Assembly: GCA_001179505.1 (NCBI GenBank)
Contig: CDMY01000452.1
Location: 1-64,000 of the forward strand
Reading direction: 5' to 3'
Source: Vitrella brassicaformis CCMP3155
Lineage: Eukaryota; Protista; Chromerida
DNA length: 64,000 nt
Positions 62,201-64,000 of the stretch are shown piece after piece (the stretch's first letter is position 1; each line of letters begins with the position of its first letter). A program made the translations under genes and the position numbers. The notes under the pieces were generated by a model. The model saw nothing but the letters and a program-made list of their open reading frames with translations, did no database searches and was not told the origin of the DNA.

Positions 62201-63138
62201 GGACTCATCCATCTCTGGTTTTCTTGTGTGCGTGTGTGCTAGTGGCTGGCTGGCTGACCTTTGTCGCCGTCGGTTGAGAACTTGTCGCCAGAGACATACC
62301 AGTTGACATCGCCGCCCTCGCTCTCCTCCTCAGGCGCGTCACGTCGGCCCTGCACTTGGTCTCTGAAGAAACAGCCCTCCTTGCGGCTGAAGGTCCATGC
62401 CTTGCACTGCTCGTACACCTGGCAACCTGGCACACACCAACCACATGGACACCATGACTGACCGACCGATGCAGCGTCGTGTCGTGACTGCCCATGTATG
62501 TGGCTCATTTCCATGACTCATTTCCATGACTCCATCCACAACCATACCTCGCTGGCAGTCGCTGCCACACACAGCACATCCGTTGTGTGCGTGGGTGGGT
62601 GTTGCCTTCTTGTGTCATCTGTACGTGCTCACTAAGGTCGTTGGACAATGTGGCCGAGCGCATTGACATCAAATCCGACAGCAGGGGTCTCGCCGATCTT
62701 GTCCTCGAGGCCTATTGTAGTCACATTGACGGGCTCTGAGAGGTCCTCTCCCTCAAACACAGTGTCCCTGAGGGAGACGCAGTCGATCAAACCGATCACA
62801 CACCCAGGCAGGCAGTCGTGAGCGTCTGTGTGTTCCTTCCTCTCTTCATCCACGCCGCGCAGGTGCATGTGGACGTACCATTCGTAGCAGGAGGCGTCTG
62901 GCGGTGGTGCAACTGTGACAGTCGAGCAGTCGCCAGATCCGCTGCCTTCGCACACACGGTCTTGATCTGTACGAGCAAACAAACACGCAGATGAATGGAT
63001 GCTTCCGAACCCACCCTGCGCCTGCCTGTGCCCACCCACCCCTTGTGGCTTACCAGCGTATCCATACATTCTCCCCGATGAGTACGCGCATCCGAAGAGG
63101 CTTGCGTACAAGATCAGCACCAGCATCCCGACCACCAT
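59240..63138 (-). CDS. Signal peptide + 3 PAN/apple domains + about 6 TM helices (receptor-like)
   Basis: Exon chain joins in phase from MVVGMLVLILYASLFGC through DCQRGCQVYEQCKAWTF..GCFF, CHDLCREIPGCRAF..CYF and CQDLCVEEPECEAFS..CLL to six hydrophobic segments; stop at 59240-59242. Confidence 0.75.
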
Positions 63139-63236
63139 CCCGAATGCAGCACAAGGAAGGGCCCCTCAAGGAGAGAGATCAGAGAGATCCCCTTCTCCTC
63201 TACCGGCTTAGCTCGCAGACTCCCCCCCCTTTTGCA

Positions 63237-64000
63237 ATGGTGAGCGCCTCTATACCGCCTTGCCTCTGTTCATCTGTCCCTGCATGATGTTGTCCTTTGT
63301 GTCAGGTTCGCGCGGGCAAGGTTGGCAAGGGTTTCGGTGCAGATGATGAGGAGACGCCGCGCGATGGCGATGACGAGGGGCCGCCATCGCAGGAGGAGGC
63401 CGCCAAGCGCATCCAGGCGAGGGCTCGGGGCATGCTCGCACGGCGGCTGATGCACGAAGGCCTGCCAAAGGAACACGTCAAGGCAAGTCATGGGGGAGAG
63501 AAGGGCACGACTGTCACGGTGATCCCGGGTGGTTGGTTGTTTGTGCAGTTGCTGGAGCAGATCTCAGCTGAGGAGGCGAGACGGCAATTTGATGCTTCAG
63601 CTGAAGCACAGGCAGGTCAGCAGCGAGAAAACGGGCCTGCCTGTGGGGGGAAATAGCGTCATCGAGCGGTGCGTATGTTGGTGCAGTTGGTCAGTCTCCG
63701 CTTGGGGGAGCCCGTGAGGAACTGATGAAGAGCTCCATCAGCTTCACTGAGGTCCTCGGGGCCTCCAAATACCTCCATGAGCAGAACCTTGCGGACCTCT
63801 TCAGAGTGAGCCGTGAGGAAAGCTACACGTCTATGTCTCTGCGAGTGAAGGGCGTTCGTTGCCTGTCCGGCGTCCGCTGCCTGTCTGTCTGTCTGTCTGT
63901 GCTCCCTCCCCCAGGGTCTCTTGTCGAGGGTGCTCCTCCACAGGCCGACGGATGTGCGCTCATTCCTGCTCAAGGCACGGACAGATACATATACAAGTAC
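63237..64000 (+). CDS. IQ-motif + RIIa/Dpy-30-like docking domain protein (partial, runs off window)
   Basis: ATG-only first exon 63237-63239; IQARARGMLARR; spliced YLHEQNLADLFR/GLLSRVLLHRPTDVRSFLLK. Confidence 0.6.

Larger units (their letters stand above)
1..64000. repeat. Pervasive intronic and intergenic microsatellites (AC, AG, GACA, GATG, GGCA, GGGA)
   Basis: Present in most introns; they generate the many HTHT, VCVC and TDRQ pseudo-ORFs in the ORF track. Confidence 0.95.

Noticed and set aside
63659-63973. Minus-strand ORF (EEVRKVLLMEVFGG)
   Set aside because: The plus-strand reading gives in-phase exons with an RIIa-like motif, so this is its antisense.

Overview
Eukaryotic, intron-rich, GC-rich genomic DNA whose short introns are full of (AC)n, (GACA)n, (GATG)n and (GGCA)n microsatellites. 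A plastid-targeted MGDG synthase plus several PAN/apple-domain genes suggest a photosynthetic alveolate, most likely a Vitrella-like chromerid (inference, no search run). Confidently recognised genes: GCN1 (about 12 kb, minus), a CX5R phosphatase, proteasome beta-2 (PSMB7), an SLC35B/UAA nucleotide-sugar transporter, a GT64 exostosin-like glycosyltransferase, a GH3 beta-glucanase fused to PAN and Cys-rich modules, and MGDG synthase. Less certain: an EF-hand protein, a bromodomain-like/RING protein, a BPI/TULIP-like membrane protein, a 3xPAN multipass membrane protein, an IQ/RIIa gene cut by the window end, several coiled-coil hypotheticals and a PPP4R2-like pseudogene. The most striking unexplained structure is three dispersed copies of a 2-3 kb cassette. 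Each carries a 5-exon gene for a secreted Cys-rich protein whose introns and flanks are well conserved while exons 3-5 are hypervariable and patchwork-like, and each copy is disabled by a different small lesion. Most genes sit in very tight head-to-head pairs. One 300-N assembly gap. No rRNA, tRNA or CRISPR array recognised. Gene models were assembled by eye from GT/AG signals and phase consistency.
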